Part shown: positions 29,843 through 38,449 of the stretch, one piece after another
Layout of the letters: each line of letters opens with the position of its first letter
How positions within the stretch are numbered: position 1 is the first letter of the stretch
Program-made: the position numbers and the translations under genes
Assembly (NCBI GenBank): GCA_041567895.1
Contig: JBFGAX010000008.1
Location: forward strand, 1,223 to 65,222
Length of the DNA stretch: 64,000 bases
Direction of reading: 5' to 3'
Origin: Acidimicrobiia bacterium
GTDB taxonomy: Bacteria; Actinomycetota; Acidimicrobiia; Spongiisociales; SHLN01
The notes under the pieces: model-generated
The model's input: the letters and a program-made list of their open reading frames with translations, nothing else
The model's database searches: none
Told to the model about the DNA's origin: nothing

Positions 29843-32800
29843 CAGCTCCTTTCATGTCGGCAGACAGCGATTCGGTTTCTGTGCCCATGTCTTTGCCCAA
29901 CGTTGCTCCGGTGATGCTCTCCACGAGCCGCTGCGCGATTGCGAACACCGATGACTGGCCTTCAGCGTGTTCGGGCAGATCCCGGCTGCCACCTGCGGCA
30001 ACCACCGCATCGAGCGCACCGGCGATCTCTGCCGCCCCACGTGGCGTGACCACTGCACCGGCTTGCGCTCGCATGTCGATCGCGGCCTTGACGAGCTGGG
30101 CAGCTTCTCGATGTCCTGAGCGGGCCGCAGCCGTGGCCAATCCGATCAAGGAGTCCGCTATGCCCAGCTTGTCGCCAATCCGGCGACGCAGCTCCAGTCC
30201 CCGCCAATGGAGATCTGCAGCTTCACCGTGGCGCGCCGAGGCCGAGCTGACATGTGCGAGTCCCCATAATCTGTTGGCTTCGTGTCGGGGAATGTGGGCG
30301 TATACAGCCCATCGCAGACTCCTCTGGAACTGTGCTTCGGCATCGTCGAGTTCGCCGTTCATCATTGCAGCCACTCCCAGGACCCACTCCGGAGCCGTGC
30401 GGCGCATGGCATGTCTCAGGGCCGTGGGCAAGCTGGCCGCCTCCGCAAGACGCGTGGCTTCGTCGAGCATGAGGTGCTCGAGGGCGACACTGGCGTGCGA
30501 ACAGAGGACACCGGCGAGCTCGGCCGGGGCTCCCAGACCTTCTGCCACCACCCTGGCCTGCTCGAGGATTTCGATCGCCTCGGCCGGCTCACCCAGGTGC
30601 GCCAGCGCCTCGCCTCGCAATCGATGGGCGTGGGCGACCACGCGCGGGTTGCCCAGATCCTCAGCCAGCTCCGCGGCCTCGATCGACAGGCGGTGGGCTG
30701 TTGCCGGGTCGCCTCGCAGGTTGGCGAGCCAACCCAGCTCGGCCAGAAGCAGGGGACGCGCCGAGAGATCGCCGATGGTTGCCGCCAACGACAGCGCTTC
30801 ACCGTAGTGCTCTTCGGCCGTCCGATAGTCCCCGAGCCACAAGTGCAACTCGGCAAGCGATCCGAGCACCAATCGGACCAGCTGGTCGTCCTCAGCCTGC
30901 TGAGCCAGGCCCATCGCCCGCTCCAGGAGATCTTGCGCACGGACCTGCTGGCCGCTGCTGCCTGCCGCAATCGCGAGGCTGCGCAGAATTCCGGCGGCAA
31001 CGCGCTCATCTCCGGCGCGTTCGGCCCGATCCAGTGCTTCCTCCCATTTGGACTGGGCCAGCTCGAGGTCGGAGCGCCGGAACGCCACGTACCCGGTGCC
31101 TGCGAGGGCTTTGGCGAGCGTGAGGTCATCGTCGCCGGTTTCGGCGGCCGCCTCTGCGGCGGCGAAGAGTCGCTCGGCTTCATCGAACTCTCCCCGCAAC
31201 AGCAGGAGGTTGCCCAGTGCGACGCGAGCTGAGGTACGGATCGCGTCGCTCCCGCCGTTCGTCTCCAGGGCTGTCGTCAGCCGCTGGATGCCCTCGGTCC
31301 AGGCCCCGTGAGAGGTCCAGAACGGAGTCATCGCAAGACACATGCGCAGGACGCTGTTGTTGTCTCCGGCCACAATGCCACTGTCGATGGCTCTTCGGAT
31401 GTTCTCGCGTTCGGCCACGAGATCGTCCATGATCGCCGCATGGCCTCGCCTGCCGATCCGGGCCTGCTTATCCTCGACCTGCTCGAGGTACCACTCGCGA
31501 TGCCTGGCGGCGAATACATCGGACTCGTCTGCCGCTTCGAGCTCGAGCGCAGCAAGCTCCCTGATGGACTCCAACATCGACCACCGGTCGGGGTCCTCGG
31601 GATGCGCCACTACGAGGGAGGAGCGCACGAGGTGCCGCAGCAAACCGGGGATGTCCTCGCTCGAGACCGACGCGTCGGAGCATACGGCTGCAGCAGCATC
31701 GAACGTTCCACTTCCCGCGAACGCAGCGAGGCGCGTGAACAGTCGCCGCTCGCTGTTGCTGAGAAGATCGAGACTCCACTCCAGGGCAGCCCGGAGGGTC
31801 TGATGTCTGCCGGGCGCCGTTCGTCTGCCGTGGGTGAGTAACGCGAACCGATCGGCAAGACCACGTAGCACGCCGCTCAACGTCCGCTCATCCAGCGCGG
31901 CGGCAGCCAGCTCGATCGCAAGTGGTATCCCGTTGAGGTGGGCGACGATGCGAGCAACATCGGCGACGTTGGCGTCCGACAACTCAAATCCTGGTCGCAC
32001 CAGGGCGGCCCTCGTGACGAAGAGCTGAATTGCGTCATTGGTTCCGGCTTCGGTCACGGTCTGCACGGATTCGGGATTGACGACGGGCATCGGGCCAACG
32101 CGCCACACCACCTCTCCCTCGACGTCGAGTGGCTCCCGGCTGGTGGCAAGTATCGCGACGTGCGGACAGTGCTGGGACAGACGCTCGGTCAAGACTGCCA
32201 CGGCGTCCAACAGGTGTTCGCAATTGTCGAGAATCAACAGCGTTGCCTTGTGCGCCAGGGCTTCGATCAACAGGTCGTCATTGGTTCGCCCTGGTTGTTC
32301 CGGAACCCCCAGGGTGGCGGCAACGGCATCGGACACCGAATCGGGGTCCGTGAGAGCGGCCAACTCCACGAGCCATGCACCATCGGCGAACCGGTCCATG
32401 ACGTCGAACGCGACCTGAACGGCGAGCCGTGTCTTGCCGACCCCACCCATACCCACGACACTGACAACTCCACTCGAGCGGAGCATGTCTGCGAGGCCGG
32501 CGCGCTCGGCTGCCCGGCCGACGAATCCGGACCGTAGGAATGGCAGGTTGTGGGCAACGATCCCGATGGCGCGCAACGGCGGGAAATCAGTCTGCAGATG
32601 GGGATGGCGAAGCTGGAAGAGTCGCTCCGGTTTGGCGAATCCGCGAAGTTGGAAGGATCCGAGGGCAAGGAGCGAGCTGTCAGGAGGCAGGTTGCCGTGG
32701 GCATCGTGTGCGGTGGCTTCAGACAACAATACCTGCCCGCCGTGGGCGCCGGACGAGATCCGGGCGACCTGGTGAAGGGCCAGAGAGACGTAGTCGTGCC

Positions 32801-33224
32801 CGATGGGCGTTGCCTCCCCCGTATGAACCCCTATTCGCACCCGCACCTCGGCGCCGGCAGGCCACTCGTGGGTAGCCAGGGCGTGTTGTGCCTCCAGGCA
32901 GGCGGCTAGTGCTTCGGCGCTGTCGGGAAACGCGAGGAGAAAGGAATCTCCTTCGGTCCCGAGTTCCACACCGTGGTGGCGGCCAAACGCGGCGCGCAGA
33001 AGCCCGCGATGGGCGGATAGGAGTGCGGCATAGTCGTCGCCCAGCTTGCGAAACAGACGGGTGGAGCCTTCGATGTCCGTCATCACGAACGTGACGAGGC
33101 CCGCCGGTAGCGGCTCGGAGGTCAACGGGACGTCCGCCCAGGTGCCCTCCGCCGGCGCGGTCTCGAAAGGGGTTATGTCGAGCTCACCCCCCGTGGAATC
33201 CGCCACAAACGGGTCATATTCCAT
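29826..33224 (-). CDS. STAND NTPase: class III nucleotidyl-cyclase domain + NB-ARC/AAA P-loop + TPR array, with no DNA-binding domain
   Basis: 1132 aa. The cyclase core is FVMTDIEGSTRLF...EGDSFLLAF...RIGVHTGEA...HQVARISSGAHGGQVLLSEAT. The P-loop is VVGMGGVGKTRLA and the Walker B-like motif is LLILDNCEHLLD. The C-terminal roughly 600 aa are Ala/Leu-rich TPR-like repeats. Confidence 0.9.
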   Translation of the reverse strand: MEYDPFVADSTGGELDITPFETAPAEGTWADVPLTSEPLPAGLVTFVMTDIEGSTRLFRKLGDDYAALLSAHRGLLRAAFGRHHGVELGTEGDSFLLAFPDSAEALAACLEAQHALATHEWPAGAEVRVRIGVHTGEATPIGHDYVSLALHQVARISSGAHGGQVLLSEATAHDAHGNLPPDSSLLALGSFQLRGFAKPERLFQLRHPHLQTDFPPLRAIGIVAHNLPFLRSGFVGRAAERAGLADMLRSSGVVSVVGMGGVGKTRLAVQVAFDVMDRFADGAWLVELAALTDPDSVSDAVAATLGVPEQPGRTNDDLLIEALAHKATLLILDNCEHLLDAVAVLTERLSQHCPHVAILATSREPLDVEGEVVWRVGPMPVVNPESVQTVTEAGTNDAIQLFVTRAALVRPGFELSDANVADVARIVAHLNGIPLAIELAAAALDERTLSGVLRGLADRFALLTHGRRTAPGRHQTLRAALEWSLDLLSNSERRLFTRLAAFAGSGTFDAAAAVCSDASVSSEDIPGLLRHLVRSSLVVAHPEDPDRWSMLESIRELAALELEAADESDVFAARHREWYLEQVEDKQARIGRRGHAAIMDDLVAERENIRRAIDSGIVAGDNNSVLRMCLAMTPFWTSHGAWTEGIQRLTTALETNGGSDAIRTSARVALGNLLLLRGEFDEAERLFAAAEAAAETGDDDLTLAKALAGTGYVAFRRSDLELAQSKWEEALDRAERAGDERVAAGILRSLAIAAGSSGQQVRAQDLLERAMGLAQQAEDDQLVRLVLGSLAELHLWLGDYRTAEEHYGEALSLAATIGDLSARPLLLAELGWLANLRGDPATAHRLSIEAAELAEDLGNPRVVAHAHRLRGEALAHLGEPAEAIEILEQARVVAEGLGAPAELAGVLCSHASVALEHLMLDEATRLAEAASLPTALRHAMRRTAPEWVLGVAAMMNGELDDAEAQFQRSLRWAVYAHIPRHEANRLWGLAHVSSASARHGEAADLHWRGLELRRRIGDKLGIADSLIGLATAAARSGHREAAQLVKAAIDMRAQAGAVVTPRGAAEIAGALDAVVAAGGSRDLPEHAEGQSSVFAIAQRLVESITGATLGKDMGTETESLSADMKGAVDGVA

Positions 33225-33264
33225 GTATCAAATCTACCTGGAGACGCCCGTCTGATGGCTGGGG

Positions 33265-34497
33265 CTATTTGATGCCGGAACTGGCCACGTTTTCTACGAA
33301 GTATCGCTGAGCCATGATGAACACGGTAAAAGGAATCATCACTGACAGCACGATGGCTGCGAAGATCAGATTGGGGCCTTCGCCGGACTGGCCTCCCAGC
33401 GTCTGAAGCGCGAGCGTCAGAACGAAGTCGTCTGAATTCGCCAGGTTGATGGAGACCAGTGGCCATATGAACGAATTCCACGCGTAGAGGAACATGAACG
33501 TCGCAAGTGTCGCAATGGCCGGCCAGGCGAGCGGCACGAAGATGGTCCAAAGGATGGTCCATCGGCGAGCACCGTCAACGAAAGCAGCCTCCTCCAACTC
33601 CTTTGGAATCGCGACGAAGAACTGTCGCATCAAGAACGTGCCGTACGCGTTGAACAGGAACGGCCAGACGAGAGACCCGAGCGTGTTGACCCACCCCAGA
33701 GCAACAATCAGGCGAAACAAGGGGACGATCAGCACCACGAACGGGATCATGATCGATCCGACATACGCCACAAAGATCTTGTCCCGACCCGCGAATCGCA
33801 CTCGGGAAAAGGCATATCCGCCGGTGATCGATGTGAAGAGCGTCCCGGCGACCACGAGAATCGTCACCAGAATCGTGTTGGTCAGCGAACGATCAAAGTC
33901 TCTCAGCTCGATGACCTCACCGAAGTTCTGCCATTGGGCTTCCACCGTTTCGGCGGGTTCTGTGGTGCGAACTACGGCAAAGGATTCGACCGATGGGTCA
34001 TCGAGTGCGACAAACCGACCAACAGACGTATTGCGAACCAGCGCCCGCTGCGATGACTCGTCGCCCAGTTGCACCTCATAGATGGGGAAGGATTCTTCAT
34101 CGAGAACCACGGTCGAGCCCGTATCGGTTGCTCGATCGAGCGGCCACGCAATGGTGTCGTCGATGTCATCGAGATTCGCAAACAGGCCGGCCTGGATGCC
34201 CGACTCGGCGAGGTAGGTGACCTCGGTCCCCCCTCCAACAATCGGCGCATTGAATAGCTCAACTTCTTCACCGGCAACGGTCGCCGTAGCCGCCGATCTC
34301 GGGAGAATCTTCGGTGGATACCGGAACGTGTCATCGGCAGTCTTGACAGCAGTCGCAGCCATATAGAAGAACGGAAACAACATCGCCAGAGCCACCAGTA
34401 TCAGGATTCCATAGGCCCCGCCCCTGACGCCGACGGTCCGCAAAATCTTTCTTCGCCGGTGTCGAGTGGCTTGTGCATCCAGGCCGGTGGTCGTCAT
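33265..34497 (-). CDS. Carbohydrate ABC transporter permease (MalG-like) with a large extracytoplasmic insertion
   Basis: The ATG at 34497 overlaps the upstream stop (ATGA). After TM1 comes a soluble insert of about 150 aa (TADDTFRYPPK...EVIELRDFDRS). Then the conserved permease core follows (GGYAFSRVRFAGRD...EEAAFVDGARRW EAA-loop). Confidence 0.88.
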   Translation of the reverse strand: MTTTGLDAQATRHRRRKILRTVGVRGGAYGILILVALAMLFPFFYMAATAVKTADDTFRYPPKILPRSAATATVAGEEVELFNAPIVGGGTEVTYLAESGIQAGLFANLDDIDDTIAWPLDRATDTGSTVVLDEESFPIYEVQLGDESSQRALVRNTSVGRFVALDDPSVESFAVVRTTEPAETVEAQWQNFGEVIELRDFDRSLTNTILVTILVVAGTLFTSITGGYAFSRVRFAGRDKIFVAYVGSIMIPFVVLIVPLFRLIVALGWVNTLGSLVWPFLFNAYGTFLMRQFFVAIPKELEEAAFVDGARRWTILWTIFVPLAWPAIATLATFMFLYAWNSFIWPLVSINLANSDDFVLTLALQTLGGQSGEGPNLIFAAIVLSVMIPFTVFIMAQRYFVENVASSGIK

Positions 34498-36050
34498 GCG
34501 CTGAGCACTCCATCCTCGCCGCCCCGGCGAAAATACAGCAATGTCACGCCGAAGATGAGAATGAATAGGGCCCATGCCACCGCTGATGCGTAGCCGATCT
34601 GGAATTGCTGGAAGGCCTTCTGATACAGGTACACCACCGGCGTGAGCGTCGAGTTGGCCGGACCGGCGGGTGGATTGGGTGAATTCAAGATGAAAGGCTC
34701 ATTGAACAGTTGCAGCGCCAGGATCGTGGTCGTCGCGACCACGAATACGGTGGTTGGTCTCAGGGTCGGCACGGTGATCGCAGTAAACCTCCTCCAGGGT
34801 CCGGCTCCGTCGATTTCGGCAGCCTCGTAAAGGGTGCGATCGATCCCCTGCATGCCGGCGAGGAACAACACGGTATTGAATCCGATCTGTTGCCAGACAA
34901 AGAGAATCACGACCGCAAACAGAGCAATATTCGAGTCCGATATCCACTGCGGTTGGGCCGCCTCGAGTTCCAAACCGAACAACGCGTTGATCCACTCGGT
35001 TGCCTTGAGAATCATGAAGTTGAGATATCCGACCGTCGAGTTGAACAGCTGCTTCCAGATGAGTGTCACCCCAACGACCCCGGCGATCGAGGGCAAGAAG
35101 TAGACGGCACGAAAGGCTTTCATGCCAGGGAGCTTGGAGTTCAGAAGTGATGCGAGGAGCAAGGCGGGTCCCACCGCCAGGGGGATGGCGAGTGCCGAAA
35201 AGACAACGATGTTTCGAAGCGATCGGAGAAACAGGTCGTCCGACAAGAGATCCAGGTAGTTCTGGAATCCGACGAACGTGGCGTCGGTCAGGCCATCCCA
35301 TTCGGTGAAGCTGATGAAGAGCGATACGACGAGTGGTCCGGCAAAGAAGGCGAGGAATCCGAGAGCGTTGGGAGCTACGAAGAGGAGGCCGTCCATCGTT
35401 TCTGTCTGAGATTCGGTCGTCTCGAACAATTGGGCCGCAGAATCCGTCCACCCCATCCGAGCGAAAAAGCCGGCAGGAATGGCGATGGCCCAGAAAGCCA
35501 ATACGTCCGGCTGAACGGCTCGGCGAAGGAATTCGATGATGCCAGGAACCAGCCCAACGGCCAGCAACAGGACGACGAGGCCGGTGATCATCGTCCATCG
35601 TGCCACCTGGCGTAGTGCAACCTGGGGTGCTTCGGTTCTCGCCGCGTAACCCTGAACGAGCCATCCGATGATGACGATCCCCAGCCATCCGACGCTGCCG
35701 TTGAAAGCCTCGCCCACTGCATCGATGCCCGTGAACATTCCCATCCCGTTCAGAGCAATGAACCCCAGAATCACCGCGAGCAGGGAGTCCAGCACGAATC
35801 CGGCGAGGCGCCCGCGATGTTCTCTTGCCAACGTCCATCGGATCGCCAAAACCGACGCCACGAGTGCACCGAAGAGAGCAAGCGCCAGAGTCCAGCGAAG
35901 AACTCCCTCGACGTCAATTCCAAACTTGAGAATCGTGGCGGCGAGGGCCAAGCCCACGATGATGGCTACCGCCACTCGCCACGCGACCAGCGGTTTGAAC
36001 CATGTAGGCAGATCCTCCCGGGTCATTACTTCTGTGAGTTGGGTAGTCAT
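34494..36050 (-). CDS. Carbohydrate ABC transporter permease (MalF-like) with an extra N-terminal polytopic domain
   Basis: I chose the ATG at 36050 (MTTQLTEVMTRED...). The first roughly 225 aa form additional TM helices. The canonical core begins at LLFVAPNALGFLAFFAGP and includes the EAA loop YEAAEIDGAGPWRRF. Confidence 0.88.
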   Translation of the reverse strand: MTTQLTEVMTREDLPTWFKPLVAWRVAVAIIVGLALAATILKFGIDVEGVLRWTLALALFGALVASVLAIRWTLAREHRGRLAGFVLDSLLAVILGFIALNGMGMFTGIDAVGEAFNGSVGWLGIVIIGWLVQGYAARTEAPQVALRQVARWTMITGLVVLLLAVGLVPGIIEFLRRAVQPDVLAFWAIAIPAGFFARMGWTDSAAQLFETTESQTETMDGLLFVAPNALGFLAFFAGPLVVSLFISFTEWDGLTDATFVGFQNYLDLLSDDLFLRSLRNIVVFSALAIPLAVGPALLLASLLNSKLPGMKAFRAVYFLPSIAGVVGVTLIWKQLFNSTVGYLNFMILKATEWINALFGLELEAAQPQWISDSNIALFAVVILFVWQQIGFNTVLFLAGMQGIDRTLYEAAEIDGAGPWRRFTAITVPTLRPTTVFVVATTTILALQLFNEPFILNSPNPPAGPANSTLTPVVYLYQKAFQQFQIGYASAVAWALFILIFGVTLLYFRRGGEDGVLSA

Positions 36051-36063
36051 CGGGTAACCGTGA

Positions 36064-36092
36064 CCCGGGCCGGGCGAGGAGCCCGGCCCGGG
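36064..36092 (-). other. Perfect 12-bp GC hairpin between the binding-protein gene and the permease genes
   Basis: CCCGGGCCGGGC-gagga-GCCCGGCCCGGG, located in the 56-nt gap between the SBP stop (36107) and the permease start (36050). Confidence 0.6.
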
Positions 36093-36106
36093 TCCAACGG
36101 CCTGTG

Positions 36107-37474
36107 TTAGCTGAACGCCCCGGCTGTCTCGGTGCAGATGTTGGCTTCGAAATCGGACAGATCGCGAGATCCGGTCACGACTTCCTGGATTGCTCCGTCC
36201 ATGGCCGTCACGTATTCGGGCCACGAACCCGCCCATAGCGGGCCCTCGGTGGTCGGGTTGTTGGACAATCCATCAAGGAACGCCTGATTGTTCGCCGGGG
36301 GTGTGAACCCGAGGAAAGCGTCGAGGGCGTCCTGGCTGACCCGGCTCGGAATGTTGGCTCCGAGGGCCGAGATCTGGGCCTGGGTCTCGGCTGTGGTCAG
36401 CGCCTCAACCAGGGACCATGCGGCCTCCGGGTTCTCCGTATTCGCATTCACGACGTAGGCGCCCCAGAACAACCAGTTGCCCGGTCCCGCAGGTCCGGTC
36501 GGCAGACCAACGACATCCCAGTCGAAGTCGACGGTGCGGATACCAGGAGTCGCCCAACGACCATTCTGGAACATACCGACGGTACCGGCCCGGAACGGGG
36601 GCTCTGGATCTTCGCCGTACGGAATCACCGAGTCACCGCTGTACAGGTCACGTAGAAACGTCAATCCTTCGATGGATTCGGCGCTATCGAGGGCGCAGGC
36701 CGATCGATCAGCGGTGAAGAACCCGCCACCGGCGCCATTCATCCAGGCTCCGTATGGGCCCCACCAGGCGCTCTGGCCATAGCCTTTGATCTCGCCGCCG
36801 AGAGCAGCAATGCCGTCGGAGACTTCTCGGAATTTGTCCCATGTCCATTCGCCATTGGCTTCGAGCTCACGGGGATCGTCAACGCCGGCTTCTGCAATCA
36901 GATCGTTGTTGATGTAGAGCGCGAACGTAGACACGTCACGCGGCAAACCCCAGAGGGCATCTCCCGGTTGGCCGGTGTCGACGTCTGTTGTGAGGTGGCC
37001 CATCGGACCGGGGTAGAAATCCGCATCGTTGTGGCCCGTCGCCGCTGCAAACTCGCGAAGATCGAGGATCACATCGCGCGAGGCGAAATCGGCGATGTCG
37101 GTGCCCGGAATCCAAAACACATCGGGGGCAGTTCCTGCCGACAGGTTGGTCAGCAGCGTCTGCTGATAGCCTGCGCCCTCGTTCGAACCGGGTTCGTAGA
37201 CGAGTTCTACGTCGTCCATCGAGGCGCTGATTTGATCCGAGATCTCGGCGTACACCGCCGCCTCTTCAGGATTATCAGGCCGCGTCATCCATCGGATCGT
37301 CGACGCATCGACCATGGGCTCATCCGGTTCCACCGGCGTCTCTGCGACCGTGGTCTCGGTCACCGTGGGGGCCTCGGTAGTCGTCGTTGTTTCGCTATCG
37401 GCTTCTCCGCCGTCGCCGCAAGCAGCCGCGACCAGTGCGAGAATTGCGAGAAGCGCAATCATCCTTATTCTCAT
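36107..37474 (-). CDS. Extracellular sugar-binding lipoprotein (ABC family 1 solute-binding protein)
   Basis: The ATG at 37474 gives MRIRMIALLAILALVAAACGDGG (signal peptide plus lipobox Cys). A T/E/P-rich linker follows, then a roughly 400-aa SBP fold. It heads the permease genes. Confidence 0.88.
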   Translation of the reverse strand: MRIRMIALLAILALVAAACGDGGEADSETTTTTEAPTVTETTVAETPVEPDEPMVDASTIRWMTRPDNPEEAAVYAEISDQISASMDDVELVYEPGSNEGAGYQQTLLTNLSAGTAPDVFWIPGTDIADFASRDVILDLREFAAATGHNDADFYPGPMGHLTTDVDTGQPGDALWGLPRDVSTFALYINNDLIAEAGVDDPRELEANGEWTWDKFREVSDGIAALGGEIKGYGQSAWWGPYGAWMNGAGGGFFTADRSACALDSAESIEGLTFLRDLYSGDSVIPYGEDPEPPFRAGTVGMFQNGRWATPGIRTVDFDWDVVGLPTGPAGPGNWLFWGAYVVNANTENPEAAWSLVEALTTAETQAQISALGANIPSRVSQDALDAFLGFTPPANNQAFLDGLSNNPTTEGPLWAGSWPEYVTAMDGAIQEVVTGSRDLSDFEANICTETAGAFS

Positions 37475-37506
37475 GTTTTCCTTTCGTTTCAACACGTGAG
37501 TGTTGT

Positions 37507-38310
37507 TCATACGCCCGGATTCCCAGGCTCTGCGATCTCGACAGCAACACCATGCTGCACGAGTTCTTTTACCAAATCTTGTCGAGCGCTTCTGCCAGTT
37601 ATCAGAAGGTCAACCTCGTCGAGCTCGGCGATCTTCGCGACGCTGACGTTGCCTACCTTGGAACCGTCTGCCACGACAACCGTCTGCTCTGCCGCTGCGA
37701 TCATTCTTCGCTTCATGCCGGCCTCGGGCAGGTTCACGTTCGTGACTCCGTGATCGACATGGACCCCGTTGCATCCGACAAATGCGCGATCAAACCTCAC
37801 GGTGTCGAATACATACCCGGCCATCGGATCAACCAGAGAGTGCTGGAGAGGTCGCAGGGTGCCTCCCGTGACGACCACTGTGATGCGAGGGATTGCGGGT
37901 TCGAGATCGAGAGCAACCTTCAAACTCGAGGTGAAGACGGTCACATTGTGCAGTGTCTCGCGGCCGACCAGGGAACGAGCCAGGGCTGCAGTCGATGTGC
38001 CAACGTCGAGCATGATCGTCTCGCCCGGGCGAACTGTTCGAGCTGCATGATGCCCGATTGCGGCTTTCTCCTGGGCCGATGCATCAAGCGACTCCTCAAA
38101 AGAACGCTCAACCTCCGACCCCGGGACCATGGCCCCTCCATGCACGCGTTGGATGAGTCCACTATCAGCCAGGGTGGACAGATCTGAACGCACCGTGACC
38201 TCGGAAATTCCGAACGTTCGGCTCAAGTCGGCGACTCGGACGAATTCGTGCTCTCGCAACAAGGCGAGCATCCGATCTCTCCGCAACGGCGCTGGAACTC
38301 CTGGATCCAT
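37507..38310 (-). CDS. DeoR family transcriptional repressor
   Basis: 267 aa. N-terminal HTH (RMLALLREHEFVRVADLSRTFGISEVTVRSDLSTLADSGLIQRVHGGA) followed by a C-terminal sugar-phosphate-binding domain. Confidence 0.9.
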   Translation of the reverse strand: MDPGVPAPLRRDRMLALLREHEFVRVADLSRTFGISEVTVRSDLSTLADSGLIQRVHGGAMVPGSEVERSFEESLDASAQEKAAIGHHAARTVRPGETIMLDVGTSTAALARSLVGRETLHNVTVFTSSLKVALDLEPAIPRITVVVTGGTLRPLQHSLVDPMAGYVFDTVRFDRAFVGCNGVHVDHGVTNVNLPEAGMKRRMIAAAEQTVVVADGSKVGNVSVAKIAELDEVDLLITGRSARQDLVKELVQHGVAVEIAEPGNPGV

Positions 38311-38449
38311 TGCGCTATCTTACGATTACCTACGAGTCAATTCAAATGGTTACGTTTATTTACGAAAGAGTGCATTGACCAGCCTCAACCTGGGTCCGAT
38401 CAGCGTATCTACCGAGTCTTCTGCGACCGGAACCACGGGTGGTTGGCTG
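38311..38449. promoter_or_regulatory. AT-rich divergent control region with four helically phased TACG(A/T) repeats
   Basis: TACGA, TACGA, TACGT and TACGA start at 38321, 38331, 38351 and 38361 (spacing 10, 20 and 10 bp). They lie in the only markedly AT-rich stretch of this locus, between the DeoR gene and the alpha-galactosidase gene. Confidence 0.4.

Noticed and set aside
29854-31232. Two plus-strand ORFs of about 316 aa each inside the STAND gene, and many similar 100-380 aa ORFs elsewhere (for example 2618-3757, 34699-35838, 36968-37753)
   Set aside because: They are either antisense to, or out of frame with, genes that have clear domain motifs. Their low-complexity Arg/Ser/Pro/Ala composition is the expected artefact of high GC.
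29826-33224. Reading the cyclase-STAND protein as a Pycsar/CBASS/Avs-type antiphage system
   Set aside because: There is no adjacent effector gene with a cyclic-nucleotide-binding, TIR, nuclease or pore-forming domain. The neighbours are metabolic genes. The architecture, apart from the missing HTH, is widespread among actinobacterial regulators. It is kept only as a signalling curiosity.
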